DNA from: Alphaproteobacteria bacterium
GTDB taxonomy: Bacteria > Pseudomonadota > Alphaproteobacteria > GM7ARS4 > G965262615
Length of the DNA stretch: 64,000 nucleotides
Reading direction: 5' to 3'
Assembly: GCA_965262615.1 (NCBI GenBank)
Contig: OZ253545.1
Coordinates: 1,184,001-1,248,000 of the forward strand
In this document: positions 10,359 through 20,296 of the stretch, piece by piece
Position numbering within the stretch: position 1 is the stretch's first letter
Layout of the letters: each line of letters opens with the position of its first letter
Program-made: the position numbers and the translations under genes
The notes under the pieces: model-generated
Database searches by the model: none
What the model was told of the DNA's origin: nothing
What the model saw: the letters and a program-made list of their open reading frames with translations, nothing else

Positions 10359-11500
10359 GCCACTTTCTCCCGTACACCCTCGCTAAGGCGCGCTAAACTC
10401 ATGACTTCATAGGGATTTTGCTCTTGGCGATACCAGCTTTGCACCGCCTGTGCCGTCAGAGGGGCAAGTAAAACACCATTGCGATAGTGTCCCGTGGCAA
10501 TAAACAATCCCGCCATGTGCCAGTGGTCTGGTGCCGCCCCCACGATTGGTAAGCCGTCATGGGAGGCGGGACGCAACGATGTTTTCATGGTGACAAATTC
10601 CATCTCGTCCAGCAACGGCATCCATTGTCTGCCATGATGCAACAAGTCAAACAATGCTCCCGTTGCGCCATAGTTGGCAAATCCCACCTCATCACTGCTC
10701 GCCCCCAGCAACAGACGACCATCACCGCGCATCACCGCATAATACTGCCGCCACGCCACCATGTGGGAAATCAGTGGCTTGCCCTGCAACACGGAATCTT
10801 CACGAGCTCGCAGTGTGACAATTTGTCCTCGCACGGGGCGAATCCATGATGACCACTGCGGCGGCAATCCCTTGATGACCGAGCTCCACGCCCCCGCCGC
10901 CAGGACGATGCGGTTCATGGCATGAATCTCGCCATCCACGCGCAATCCCGTCACACTGCCCTTGCTGGATATAATCTCCTGCACCGTCGCGCCCTCATGA
11001 ATTGTGCCGCCGCCCTTCTCCACCGCTCGCCGCAATGCCGTCATGACGGCAACGCTATCCACGCTTTTCTCGCCCTCACAAAGCCAACCGCCATGGGTGC
11101 GCGCCATAAACGGCTCTTTGGCTGCCACCTCATCCGCCGTCAGCCAACGGGCATGGTCACGGGTCACGCCATCGCCATAGCGATGCCGCCACGCCGCCAG
11201 ATCATCGCGATGCAACGCCACCATGAGCAACCCATCGGCTCGTTCATCAATATGACACCGTGTCTCTTGGTGCAACAGGCACGCGAAATGCGTCCATTGA
11301 CGCTGTGCCGCTTGCAACAGGGGCAAAAGCTTTTTATGCCACACATCGCCCTCGCCCAATGGTGTCAGCATTGCCGCCGCCGCGCCGCTTGCCTCATTCC
11401 CCAGCCGTCCGCTTTCATAAATGGTCACTTGTGCACCCATGCGCACCAATGACCACGCCGCCGCCAATGACTGTATCCCTCCACCTATAATGCCAATCAT
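10355..11500 (-). CDS. thiO: Glycine oxidase
   Basis: GxGxxG-like FAD start, PVRGQ and GHYRNGVLLAP; adjacent to thiS-thiG. Confidence 0.92.
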   Translation of the reverse strand: MIGIIGGGIQSLAAAWSLVRMGAQVTIYESGRLGNEASGAAAAMLTPLGEGDVWHKKLLPLLQAAQRQWTHFACLLHQETRCHIDERADGLLMVALHRDDLAAWRHRYGDGVTRDHARWLTADEVAAKEPFMARTHGGWLCEGEKSVDSVAVMTALRRAVEKGGGTIHEGATVQEIISSKGSVTGLRVDGEIHAMNRIVLAAGAWSSVIKGLPPQWSSWIRPVRGQIVTLRAREDSVLQGKPLISHMVAWRQYYAVMRGDGRLLLGASSDEVGFANYGATGALFDLLHHGRQWMPLLDEMEFVTMKTSLRPASHDGLPIVGAAPDHWHMAGLFIATGHYRNGVLLAPLTAQAVQSWYRQEQNPYEVMSLARLSEGVREKVA

Positions 11501-11555
11501 GATTGCCTCGCTTCAAGGCATCATCTTAATGAAAATAAACGGCAAAACAAAGGCA

Positions 11556-11697
11556 TCAATTCATCGCCATGACCGTGCTCCGCCAACTTCTTGCACAAAC
11601 GACACACATACACATCAATAAAGATGTCAATTCATCGCCATGACCGTGCTCCGCCAACTTCTTGCACAAACGACACACATACACATCAATAAAGATG
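11556..11697. repeat. Two identical tandem 71-bp copies derived from the 3' end of the adjacent regulator gene
   Basis: Unit TCAATTCATCGCCATGACCG...CAATAAAGATG at 11556-11626 and 11627-11697; matches 11698-11712 fused to 11757-11816. Confidence 0.95.
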
Positions 11698-12444
11698 TCA
11701 ATTCATCGCCATCGTTGGCGCAAAGCAGTAGCCTCGTCCCCAGACGGTGCGAATTACATCGCCATGACCGTGCTCCGCCAACTTCTTGCGCAAACGACAC
11801 ACATACACATCAATAATGCGACAGTCCGCAGGCAACGGATGCTGATACAGACGCAAAAGCAAATCATTTTTATCCAAAACCTCACCCGCATGGCGAATGA
11901 AAATATCCATCATGCGGTATTCCATCCGTGACAGCGATACCTTCCTGCCGTCCATGTCCATATTCAAGGCATCCTCATTCAAGACGAATTCCTCTTTTGC
12001 CGCCCGCGCCAATGTCACAGCTCCATCATTGATGTGCCTGCGATACACCTCATTGGCAAGACGCGCCAGCAACGACGGCAGGGGAATGGGACGCATCAAA
12101 ACATCACTCGCCCCCGCCTGCAAATAACGCACACTGCCCACCAAGTCATACGACCCTTGGGCTTCAATCACAAAACATGCCACCCGCATTGGTGATGCCG
12201 TCAAGGAAGTCACATAGGCTGTGCACGCCAGCTCATCCAAACCGTCTCCCCGCATGAAAATCACCGCATCATACACAGCTCCACCCTGACGAGACAGCAG
12301 ATGAAATAAATTAAACTTTTTTATGTGAATCATGTCCACATGATAGCCATCATCATGCAAACCATGACGCACAATCATACGGTCAGCATCATGACCCGTA
12401 TGAACAACAAGAATTCGAGCGTCCATGTTTCCCCCTTTTTCCAT
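11698..12444 (-). CDS. OmpR-family winged-helix regulator, CtrA-like DNA-binding domain, degenerate receiver
   Basis: C-terminus IIDVYVCRLRKKL...IRTVWGRGY resembles CtrA; the receiver lacks the acidic pocket and phospho-Asp. Confidence 0.8.
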   Translation of the reverse strand: MEKGGNMDARILVVHTGHDADRMIVRHGLHDDGYHVDMIHIKKFNLFHLLSRQGGAVYDAVIFMRGDGLDELACTAYVTSLTASPMRVACFVIEAQGSYDLVGSVRYLQAGASDVLMRPIPLPSLLARLANEVYRRHINDGAVTLARAAKEEFVLNEDALNMDMDGRKVSLSRMEYRMMDIFIRHAGEVLDKNDLLLRLYQHPLPADCRIIDVYVCRLRKKLAEHGHGDVIRTVWGRGYCFAPTMAMN

Positions 12445-12524
12445 TCATGAGTGTCCTTTCTTTGTGTGTGACAAAAATCATCATTGTGTTGCATTTATGA
12501 GAAAAATGTTTCAATGAATTTGAC

Positions 12525-13934
12525 ATGGCGTATATCATTTTAGAAGACGGCGAAACCTCCAAGCCTCATGGTGTGCTGACGCGTTTTTTGACTCTGCATC
12601 ACAAGCAGCGCGCGCGCTATCCTCACATGGTGATGAGCGGCAGTCTTGGCAGTGAGGCGCGCTATAGCATTCTGTTTGCCCATCCACAGCATCACTTGAC
12701 GCTGCATCATGATGGCACACTGCATGGCGGTGATGGCACACGGGGAGATTTTTTGCATCACTTCACCCAGCAGTGGCAAGCGGAACGCGCCGCTCACAAT
12801 GATTCTCCCCCGCCCTTTCCCTTTCGTGGCGGCTGGTTTTTCTTTTTGAGCTATGAGTTTGTCTCGCAATTAGAGCCCCGACTGGCGATGGATTCCAGCC
12901 CTCTGCTTCCCTGTGCTGAGGCGGTGCGCATTCCCGCCGCCATCATTCATGATCATGAGCGCGCCGTCACCTACGCATTTGCCGAAAAGGCACACGCGAG
13001 CCTGTTGGCACAGATGGAGCACGATTGGCACACCGCCAGCAATCAATCGCTCACACCGAATTCTCACCCTCCCCTGCTTTATGACGACATCATTGCCGAC
13101 CCCGCCGAGCAGCATCAAGAGGATGTTGCCCGCTGCATTGAATACATTCATGCGGGCGATGTGTTTCAGGTGAATCTCTCCCGACGCTGGCGCGCCTCTC
13201 TTCCCTCCGACATCACCAATAGCCAGTTGTTTGATCGTCTGATGCAATCCAACCCTGCGCCCTTTGCGGCACTGGCGAGCTGGGACGATGCGGCGATTAT
13301 CAGCTCATCTCCTGAGCGTTTGTGTGCTGTGCGCAATGGCATCATTGAAACGCGCCCCATTGCCGGCACCCGCCCGCGCGGCGCCAGTGCCATGACCGAC
13401 ATTGCCCTGCAGCAAGAACTCAAACACAACCCCAAAGAGCGCGCCGAACACCTCATGCTGGTGGATTTAGAACGCAACGACATCGCTCGCGTCTGTCGTG
13501 CTGGCTCGGTGCAGGTGCGAGATTTCATGACCATTGAATCCTACGCCCATGTGCATCACATCGTCTCGGTCATCACGGGACGCCTCACGCCTCAAGCAAC
13601 GCCTCAGGATGCCCTGCGCGCCGTTTTCCCCGGCGGCACCATCACGGGATGTCCCAAAATTCGCTGCATGGAAATTTTAAGAGACATAGAACGCGCCCCT
13701 CGCCATGCCTACACCGGCTCGCTGGGATACATCAATCACGATGGCAGCATGGATTGTAATATTCTCATTCGCACGATGGTGCGGCATGGCTCTCATATTG
13801 AGTTTCGCGCCGGCGGCGGCATTGTCGCCGACTCCAATCCCCAGCAGGAATTGCATGAAACCCACGCCAAAGCACAAGGACTCATTCGCTCCCTGTGTGG
13901 CGACACCATGGCGCGCGCCGCCATGACGCTATAA
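12525..13934 (+). CDS. pabB: Aminodeoxychorismate synthase component I (MST family)
   Basis: FQVNLS, SSSPER, RPIAGT, KERAEHLMLVDLERND, FPGGTITGCPK; overlaps pabC. Confidence 0.85.
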   Translation: MAYIILEDGETSKPHGVLTRFLTLHHKQRARYPHMVMSGSLGSEARYSILFAHPQHHLTLHHDGTLHGGDGTRGDFLHHFTQQWQAERAAHNDSPPPFPFRGGWFFFLSYEFVSQLEPRLAMDSSPLLPCAEAVRIPAAIIHDHERAVTYAFAEKAHASLLAQMEHDWHTASNQSLTPNSHPPLLYDDIIADPAEQHQEDVARCIEYIHAGDVFQVNLSRRWRASLPSDITNSQLFDRLMQSNPAPFAALASWDDAAIISSSPERLCAVRNGIIETRPIAGTRPRGASAMTDIALQQELKHNPKERAEHLMLVDLERNDIARVCRAGSVQVRDFMTIESYAHVHHIVSVITGRLTPQATPQDALRAVFPGGTITGCPKIRCMEILRDIERAPRHAYTGSLGYINHDGSMDCNILIRTMVRHGSHIEFRAGGGIVADSNPQQELHETHAKAQGLIRSLCGDTMARAAMTL

Positions 13935-14761
13935 TGCTGATGACTCATTCATTCCTCATGCTACAAAGTGATGGCGACTGGGATGGCGACTGGCACAAGG
14001 GAATCATCACGCCAGCCGAGCGAGCATTCAATTACGGCGATGGCTTGTTTGAGACCATGCGCGTGGAAAACAAATCCATTCGCTTCTTGTCTTATCACTG
14101 GCAACGACTCACCGCCAGCTCGGCGCGTCTTGCCATGCCAATGCCCGATGATGCATGGTTGCCTTTGCTTGAAAAAACGGCGCAAGAGTATGATTCCGCC
14201 GTGTTCAAACTCATCTACAGCCGTGGACAAAGCACCCGCGGCTATGGAATTTCACCAAACACCACTCCGTCTCTCTTTTTGCACATCTCCCCCTATGACG
14301 CGCACAAAATGGCATCCTTGGCACACGGTGTCACCGTGCGTTATGGCACATGGCGACTGAACTCGCATCCTCATTTTGGCGGAATCAAACATCTCAATCG
14401 GCTGGAACAGGTGATGGCGCGCCGCGAGTGGCAAGACGACAGCATTTTTGAATCATTGCTCATGGATGTTTCTGATCGCATCATTGAAGGTGTCATGAGC
14501 AATGTCTTTCTTGTGACAGGCGGCTCACTGCGCACCCCATCCTTGCATCAACAAGGTGTGGCGGGCGTGATGCGGCGAGTGGTCATGGAAAACGCACCCT
14601 GTCAAGAGGTCACCGTCACCAAAGATGACATAGAAAACTGCGATGAGATGTTTCTCACCAACGCCCTCATTGGCATCGTGCCGGTCACACAAATGGCAAC
14701 ACGCGTTCTGCCCATCGGCGACATCACGCGCCAATTGATGCAAAAACTTGTAGGTCTTTGA
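13934..14761 (+). CDS. pabC: Aminodeoxychorismate lyase (class IV PLP)
   Basis: YGDGLFETM, GIKHLNRLEQV and GVAGVMR motifs; TAATG overlap with pabB. Confidence 0.9.
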   Translation: MLMTHSFLMLQSDGDWDGDWHKGIITPAERAFNYGDGLFETMRVENKSIRFLSYHWQRLTASSARLAMPMPDDAWLPLLEKTAQEYDSAVFKLIYSRGQSTRGYGISPNTTPSLFLHISPYDAHKMASLAHGVTVRYGTWRLNSHPHFGGIKHLNRLEQVMARREWQDDSIFESLLMDVSDRIIEGVMSNVFLVTGGSLRTPSLHQQGVAGVMRRVVMENAPCQEVTVTKDDIENCDEMFLTNALIGIVPVTQMATRVLPIGDITRQLMQKLVGL

Positions 14762-14827
14762 TTGTCCATTTGGCGTTCCCTTGTCGTTTTTGGCGCATCA
14801 CAACTTGTCGTTCCCATCTATTTTCTC

Positions 14828-14856
14828 TTGTCTCATCGCGACAAAACGGCTATAAA
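14828..14856 (+). promoter_or_regulatory. Sigma70-like promoter, probably giving a leaderless DoxX mRNA
   Basis: TTGTCT-17bp-TATAAA, with ATG 7 nt downstream and no SD sequence. Confidence 0.45.
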
Positions 14857-14863
14857 GGTTGCC

Positions 14864-15331
14864 ATGAATCATGATCAACAACCGCCTCTGTGGTTTCAGC
14901 ATCCGTATCTGACCTGCCTCTATGTGCTGGGAGGGCGAATCGCCGATGTCTTGTTGCGCGTGGTGGCGGGCGGCAATCTCATTCCTCACGGCTATGGCAA
15001 AATTGTCAGTGAACAATCTGTTGCGGGATTCAGCGGCTTTGTTGCTCAATTGGGCTTTCCCATGCCGTTGTTTTTTGCATGGGTTGCCACATTGACCGAA
15101 CTTGTGGGCGGTTTTCTCATTTTGGTGGGACTTTTGACTCGTCCTGTGGCGGCGGCTGCCATTATTCTGATGCTGGTGATTGTCTTTGGTGTTCATTGGG
15201 AGAATGGATTCTCCAACAGCCAAGGAGGGTATGAGTATCCTCTGATGTGGCTGATCGTATTGCTGGTGGTGTTCTTCAAGGGCTCTGGACACTATTCGCT
15301 GGATCGGTTGCTTTTCAATAAGCAGTTCTAA
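14864..15331 (+). CDS. DoxX family membrane protein
   Basis: LLR...HGYGK, ELVGG, GLLTR, GGYEYP and GHYSLD motifs. Confidence 0.9.
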   Translation: MNHDQQPPLWFQHPYLTCLYVLGGRIADVLLRVVAGGNLIPHGYGKIVSEQSVAGFSGFVAQLGFPMPLFFAWVATLTELVGGFLILVGLLTRPVAAAAIILMLVIVFGVHWENGFSNSQGGYEYPLMWLIVLLVVFFKGSGHYSLDRLLFNKQF

Positions 15332-16167
15332 ATTCCCACATTATCAATCAGACGCACATCACCCAAAAACGCCGCGGCGCACAAGCGACAATGATTCCGT
15401 TGAGCTTCCTGTGCGGGCTGCAAACTCATATCATCCACCAAAGACACATAATCCACCGAAGTAAATCCCGCCCGCAATAATTGACTCACACACTCCTTTT
15501 CAATGGCATCTCTTGTGCCGCCTGCTTGCCATGCCGCCAAGCTTTGCGTCAAAACACCATAAAGACGCGGCGCAATGGCTCGGCTGGATTCGTTCAAATA
15601 CAGATTGCGTGACGAACACGCCAAGCCATCCTTCTCCCGAACCGTTGGCACGGCGCGAATATGCACATCCATCGCCAAATCGCGCACCATTTGCCTGATG
15701 ACCACATACTGCTGATAATCCTTTTCACCAAAAAAAGCCTCGTGAGGCTGTGTCATCATGAGCAATTTAGCCACCACGGTGGTCACGCCATCAAAGTGAG
15801 TGGGACGATGCACGCCACACAAAACTTCCGTCAAACCCGCCACCCGCACCGATGTGACAAAATCATCGGGATAAACATCATCTGATGACGGCACATAGAG
15901 CGCGGCAACATCATGCTTTTGCAGCAGTTCTATATCTTGCGGCAGGAAACGCGGATAACGCGTCCCATCCTCATGGGCGGCAAACTGCAACGGATTGACA
16001 AAAATGCTCGCCACCACCACATCGCAGCTGTGACGAGCCGCCGCCACCAGAGCCTCATGCCCTTGATGCAATGCGCCCATGGTGGGAACAAATCCGATGG
16101 TTCTGCCCTCGCGCCGCCATGACCGGCACAATTGCTGCCAGTTTTTATGCTCATCTATCACTTTCAT
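15328..16167 (-). CDS. panC: Pantoate--beta-alanine ligase
   Basis: FVPTMGALHQGH, SIFVNPLQF, FGEKDYQQ, SSRN and RLIDN motifs. Confidence 0.98.
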   Translation of the reverse strand: MKVIDEHKNWQQLCRSWRREGRTIGFVPTMGALHQGHEALVAAARHSCDVVVASIFVNPLQFAAHEDGTRYPRFLPQDIELLQKHDVAALYVPSSDDVYPDDFVTSVRVAGLTEVLCGVHRPTHFDGVTTVVAKLLMMTQPHEAFFGEKDYQQYVVIRQMVRDLAMDVHIRAVPTVREKDGLACSSRNLYLNESSRAIAPRLYGVLTQSLAAWQAGGTRDAIEKECVSQLLRAGFTSVDYVSLVDDMSLQPAQEAQRNHCRLCAAAFLGDVRLIDNVGI

Positions 16168-16985
16168 TTATCTGTGTAACACTCCTTATTTTTAGGAAAA
16201 TCGCCATCTCGCACATCATCGGCATAGCGGGCAAATGCCTTCCTGATGCGTGTCCCACTGTCATCATACACACGCACAAAATGAGGCTGGCGCGGCGTCA
16301 AAGCCAGCATGTCTTCTGCCACAAGAATCTGTCCATCGCATTGAGGTGACGCACCAATGCCAATGACTGGCACATCCACCGCAGACGCAATCTCGGCGGC
16401 AAGGGTGTGCGGCACACATTCCACCACCATAGCAAACACGCCCGCCTTGGCGATCGCTCGCGCATCCTCCATGATGCGCGCCCGCTCGCCATGCTCACGC
16501 CCTGCCACACGATGATCGCTGGCGTATTGAGGCATCAGACCCACATGTCCCATCACCGCCGTTCCTTGTGACACCACATGGGCAATGTCCTGTGCCACAT
16601 CTGCCCCGCCCTCAATCTTGACCCCTTGTGCTTGTGTCTGTTGCAATAACTGTTTCATGGCATCGGCTTTTTGCTCCTTGTTCCAATCTCGCACCTCGCA
16701 CGGTGCATCCAGCACCACCATAGACTGACTCGTCGCCGCCACCACCGCACTGCCATGACGCTCCATCATGGCAAGGGTGACACTATGGGTATCGTCCTGT
16801 CCGTAGATGGTCATGTTCATGGAATCCCCCACAAGAATGATATCCGCCACCCCATCGGCAAGACGCGCCCAGTAGGCACTCGCCAGAGCCAAACACACCA
16901 ATGGCTTGCCTCTGTGGTGCTTGATGGATGATGCATCCCACAGACGATTCATCATGTGCCTTCTTGTCTCTTGTCCATTATTCAT
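16164..16985 (-). CDS. panB: Ketopantoate hydroxymethyltransferase
   Basis: ILVGDS, VKIEG, MGHVGLMPQ and IGIGA...DGQILV motifs; start uncertain. Confidence 0.95.
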   Translation of the reverse strand: MNNGQETRRHMMNRLWDASSIKHHRGKPLVCLALASAYWARLADGVADIILVGDSMNMTIYGQDDTHSVTLAMMERHGSAVVAATSQSMVVLDAPCEVRDWNKEQKADAMKQLLQQTQAQGVKIEGGADVAQDIAHVVSQGTAVMGHVGLMPQYASDHRVAGREHGERARIMEDARAIAKAGVFAMVVECVPHTLAAEIASAVDVPVIGIGASPQCDGQILVAEDMLALTPRQPHFVRVYDDSGTRIRKAFARYADDVRDGDFPKNKECYTDK

Positions 16986-16999
16986 TCATAAGACATCCT

Positions 17000-18742
17000 A
17001 TGGTGATGAACAACAAGGCTTTTGTGCTTCTGCTGTCAATGGGATTGCTGGGCGTGAGTTCATCGGAGCCCGAACGAGCCGCGCACCTTTCTATGGACAT
17101 CTCCCTGCAACAGGCACAGGGGCGTGAATGGATGGTGGTCACCGCCAATGGTCATGCCAGCGATGCGGCACGGCGTATTCTGCAGCAAGGAGGCAATGCC
17201 ATGGATGCCGCCATCGCCGCCGCTCTGGTGCTCAATGTGGTAGAGCCGCAATCATCGGGAATCGGCGGCTCGGCGTTCTTGCTTTATTTTGACGGCAACA
17301 AAAAAACAACTCACAGCTATGACGGCAGAGAAGAAGCCCCCGCTTCGGCTCATCCCGCCATGTTTCTCAAGCAAGATGGACAAGCATATGGATTTCATGA
17401 AGCCAGCAGCATGGGCATCGCCGTAGGAGTCCCAGGTGCTCTGGCTTTGATGGAAGAAGCACACCGCCATCATGGTGTCTTGGCATGGCGGACGCTTTTT
17501 GCCGATGCCATTGCCCTTGCCCGTGATGGCTTTGAGGTCAGCCCCCGCCTTGCCCAATTGCTCGCCGATGCCGATGAGGTGCGCCGCAATGCCCCTCACA
17601 ATCCTCTCTTTCATGCCGATGGCACGCCGCGCACCGCAGGTGACACCTACACCAATCGGGCTCTGGCAAACACGCTGGCTTTGGTGCGTGATGAGGGCAG
17701 CCATCCGCTCTATCACGGCACAATACGCAATGCCATCATTGAGGCGGTCGCCAATGCACCGCACAAACCAACCACTCTCACCAACGATGATTTTGCCAGC
17801 TACCGCGTCCGCACACCACCGCCCTTGTGTGATTCCTACCGTTCCTATCGTCTTTGCAGTGTGTCACTGCCCACATCGGGCGGCATGACACTGATGCAAA
17901 TTCTCACCATGCTGCAATCATTTCCGCTGGACATGACGCAAGCGGGTGAGGCATCGGCGATTCACCTCATCAGTGAAGCGTCCCGCCTTGCCTATGAGGA
18001 TCGCGGCTTTTGGCTCGCCGATGATCGCTTTGCCGCCGTGCCCACCGCTCAATTGCTGGATGATGCCATGCTGCGCCAACGCAGCCAATCCATCACCATG
18101 AACCACACCATGAGCCACACCCATCCCAGCTTTAATCGTGATGCTCATTGTCGCCGTGACATCATGCCGGTCAATCGCCCCTCCACCACTCATATCAGCA
18201 TTATTGACGCATCAGGCAACAGCATCTCACTGACCGCCAGCGTTGGACCTGCATTCGGCTCTGGCTTGTGGGCGGCGGGATTTTTTCTCAATAGCGAGCT
18301 CACCGATTTTGCCCTCGCGCCTCATGACGACAAAAAATGCCGCCTTGCCAATGAAGCTCAAGGCGGAAAACGCCCCCTCAGTTCCATGACTCCCCTCATC
18401 GTCTTTAATGAAGAACAACAGCCCGTTTTGGTGGCCGGCTCGGCGGGAGGCATGTTTATCATCGCCTATCTGGCACGGGTGGTCACCGCCATCCTTGATT
18501 TCAAAGAGTCCCCCGCCGATGCCCTTGCCCTGCCGCACCATGTGCGGCTGCACAAAGGCGCATTGATGTTAGAAAAAGGACGCGACTTTCCAGCCAGCAC
18601 CCTCAAAGACCTTCACGCACGAGGTACGCCCATTCAATACAGACCCATGACCAGTGGTTTGCATGTCATTTTTGTGGACGATGACGGCATTCTTCACGGC
18701 GCAGCCGATTCACGCCGTGAAGGGGTCGCTTTGGGGCAATGA
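17000..18742 (+). CDS. ggt: Gamma-glutamyltransferase
   Basis: GGNAMDAA, EPQSSGIGG, DGRE, autocleavage STTH and KRPLSSMTP; signal-like N-terminus. Confidence 0.95.
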   Translation: MVMNNKAFVLLLSMGLLGVSSSEPERAAHLSMDISLQQAQGREWMVVTANGHASDAARRILQQGGNAMDAAIAAALVLNVVEPQSSGIGGSAFLLYFDGNKKTTHSYDGREEAPASAHPAMFLKQDGQAYGFHEASSMGIAVGVPGALALMEEAHRHHGVLAWRTLFADAIALARDGFEVSPRLAQLLADADEVRRNAPHNPLFHADGTPRTAGDTYTNRALANTLALVRDEGSHPLYHGTIRNAIIEAVANAPHKPTTLTNDDFASYRVRTPPPLCDSYRSYRLCSVSLPTSGGMTLMQILTMLQSFPLDMTQAGEASAIHLISEASRLAYEDRGFWLADDRFAAVPTAQLLDDAMLRQRSQSITMNHTMSHTHPSFNRDAHCRRDIMPVNRPSTTHISIIDASGNSISLTASVGPAFGSGLWAAGFFLNSELTDFALAPHDDKKCRLANEAQGGKRPLSSMTPLIVFNEEQQPVLVAGSAGGMFIIAYLARVVTAILDFKESPADALALPHHVRLHKGALMLEKGRDFPASTLKDLHARGTPIQYRPMTSGLHVIFVDDDGILHGAADSRREGVALGQ

Positions 18743-18755
18743 TGAAAACTCGCGT

Positions 18756-18784
18756 TTGCCTCACGCGTCTCTTGCCGTTACACT
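18756..18784 (+). promoter_or_regulatory. Sigma70-like promoter for tRNA-Arg/thrC
   Basis: TTGCCT-17bp-TACACT just upstream of the tRNA. Confidence 0.55.
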
Positions 18785-18792
18785 TTGCACAC

Positions 18793-18866
18793 GCGCCCGT
18801 AGCTCAGCTGGATAGAGTGCCGCCCTCCGAAGGCGGAGGTCACAGGTTCGAATCCTGTCGGGCGCG
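18793..18866 (+). tRNA. tRNA-Arg(CCG)
   Basis: Acceptor GCGCCCG/CGGGCGC; anticodon arm CCGCC-CTCCGAA-GGCGG; GTTCGAA T-loop; no encoded CCA. Confidence 0.97.
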
Positions 18867-18887
18867 CCCTCCCTTCATCTGTGCCTC

Positions 18888-20296
18888 ATGACCATTCGCT
18901 ACACCAGCACCCGTTCAGCATCGCTCTCTCTTTCCTTTCGTGATGTCCTCATCGGCGGCTTGGCGCATGACGGCGGACTCACCATGCCGAAGCGGTGGCA
19001 TCGGTTATCCGATGATGACCTGCAGCCCATGAGTTATGAACAGCGCGTCTGTGCCGTCACCCATCCTATGTGGCATCCAGCATTGATGAGACAACCTACA
19101 AAAAACTCATCGCTCGCAGCTATGGCTCGTTTCCTTCCGAGCCGCCACTCATTCATTTGCATGACAATCGCTGGATTCTCAATCTCACTTTGGGACCCTC
19201 TCTTGCCTTCAAAGACTATGCCCTGCAGCTCACGGCAAACCTCTTTGACCATATCCTCACCCAAGAACAGCGTCATCTCACCATTGTGGTGGCGACATCG
19301 GGAGACACGGGGGCGGCTGCCATTCATGCCTGTCGGCAGCAACACACCATGCAGCTCATCGTGCTGCATCCTCATGAACGCATCGCCCCCCTGCAAAGAC
19401 GGCAAATGACCACCTGTCATGAGCCTCACATTCACAACATTGCCGTCAGAGGCAGCTTTGATGATTGTCAGCGCATGGTCAAAGACATCTTCGCCGATGC
19501 TCGGCATGACACCTCACACCTGCCGCCACTGGGAGCCATGAACTCCATCAATTGGGCGCGCATCATGGCACAGATGGTCTATTACTGTCATGCCATTGCC
19601 CAATTGCGGGCGCATGGCAGAGGCAAAAGCGTCACCTTTGTCGTGCCAAGCGGCAATTTTGGCAATATGTTCGCCGCTTATGGCGCAAAACGCATGGGCA
19701 TGCCCATTGACCACTGCCTTGTTGCCACCAATCATAATGATGTCCTGGCGCGCTTTTTCAGCAGTGGAATCATGCAGCCTCACGCCATGCGTCCGTCTTT
19801 GAGTCCCAGCATGGATATTCAAACCGCCAGCAATTTTGAACGCCTGCTTTATGAATGTTCTGGACGCAATCATCATGATGTGACCGATTTCATGACCCAG
19901 CTGCAACAGCACGGCAAAGCCGCCGTTGCCAAAGACACATGGACACGCATGACACAAACCTTCTCGGCAGCCGCCGTCAGTGATGACCAAACCCTTGCCA
20001 CCATCAACCACATTCACAAAAATCATCATCTCATCATTGACCCTCACACCGCCGTGGCAGTGACCGCAGCACAGCACCATCACGCCCGTGACGACACCGA
20101 TGTGGTGATGGTCGCCACCGCCCATCCCGCCAAATTTCCCGATGCCATCACCAAAGCCTGCCAGCACACGCCCCCTCCACACGATTCTCTTGCCGCCTTG
20201 CATCACCACAAAGAACAATTTACCATCATGGATGCTGACACCGCTCAATTGCGTGCCTATATCCTGCAAAACACTTCTCGGAGGAATTCATCATGA
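18888..20296 (+). pseudogene. thrC: Threonine synthase, split by a 1-bp frameshift near 19065 (real lesion or sequencing error)
   Basis: N-terminus YTSTR...GLAHDGGL in one frame; AFKD, ATSGDTG, NSINWARI and PSGNFGN in the -1 frame. Confidence 0.85.

Noticed and set aside
11556-11816. CRISPR array
   Set aside because: Units are contiguous with no spacers, derive from the neighbouring CDS, and no cas genes are present.
12525-13934. Anthranilate synthase TrpE
   Set aside because: The PIAGT motif is ambiguous, but direct coupling to pabC and the FPGGTITGCPK motif favour PabB.
19055-19080. Programmed ribosomal frameshift in thrC
   Set aside because: No X XXY YYZ slippery site or obvious downstream stimulatory structure.
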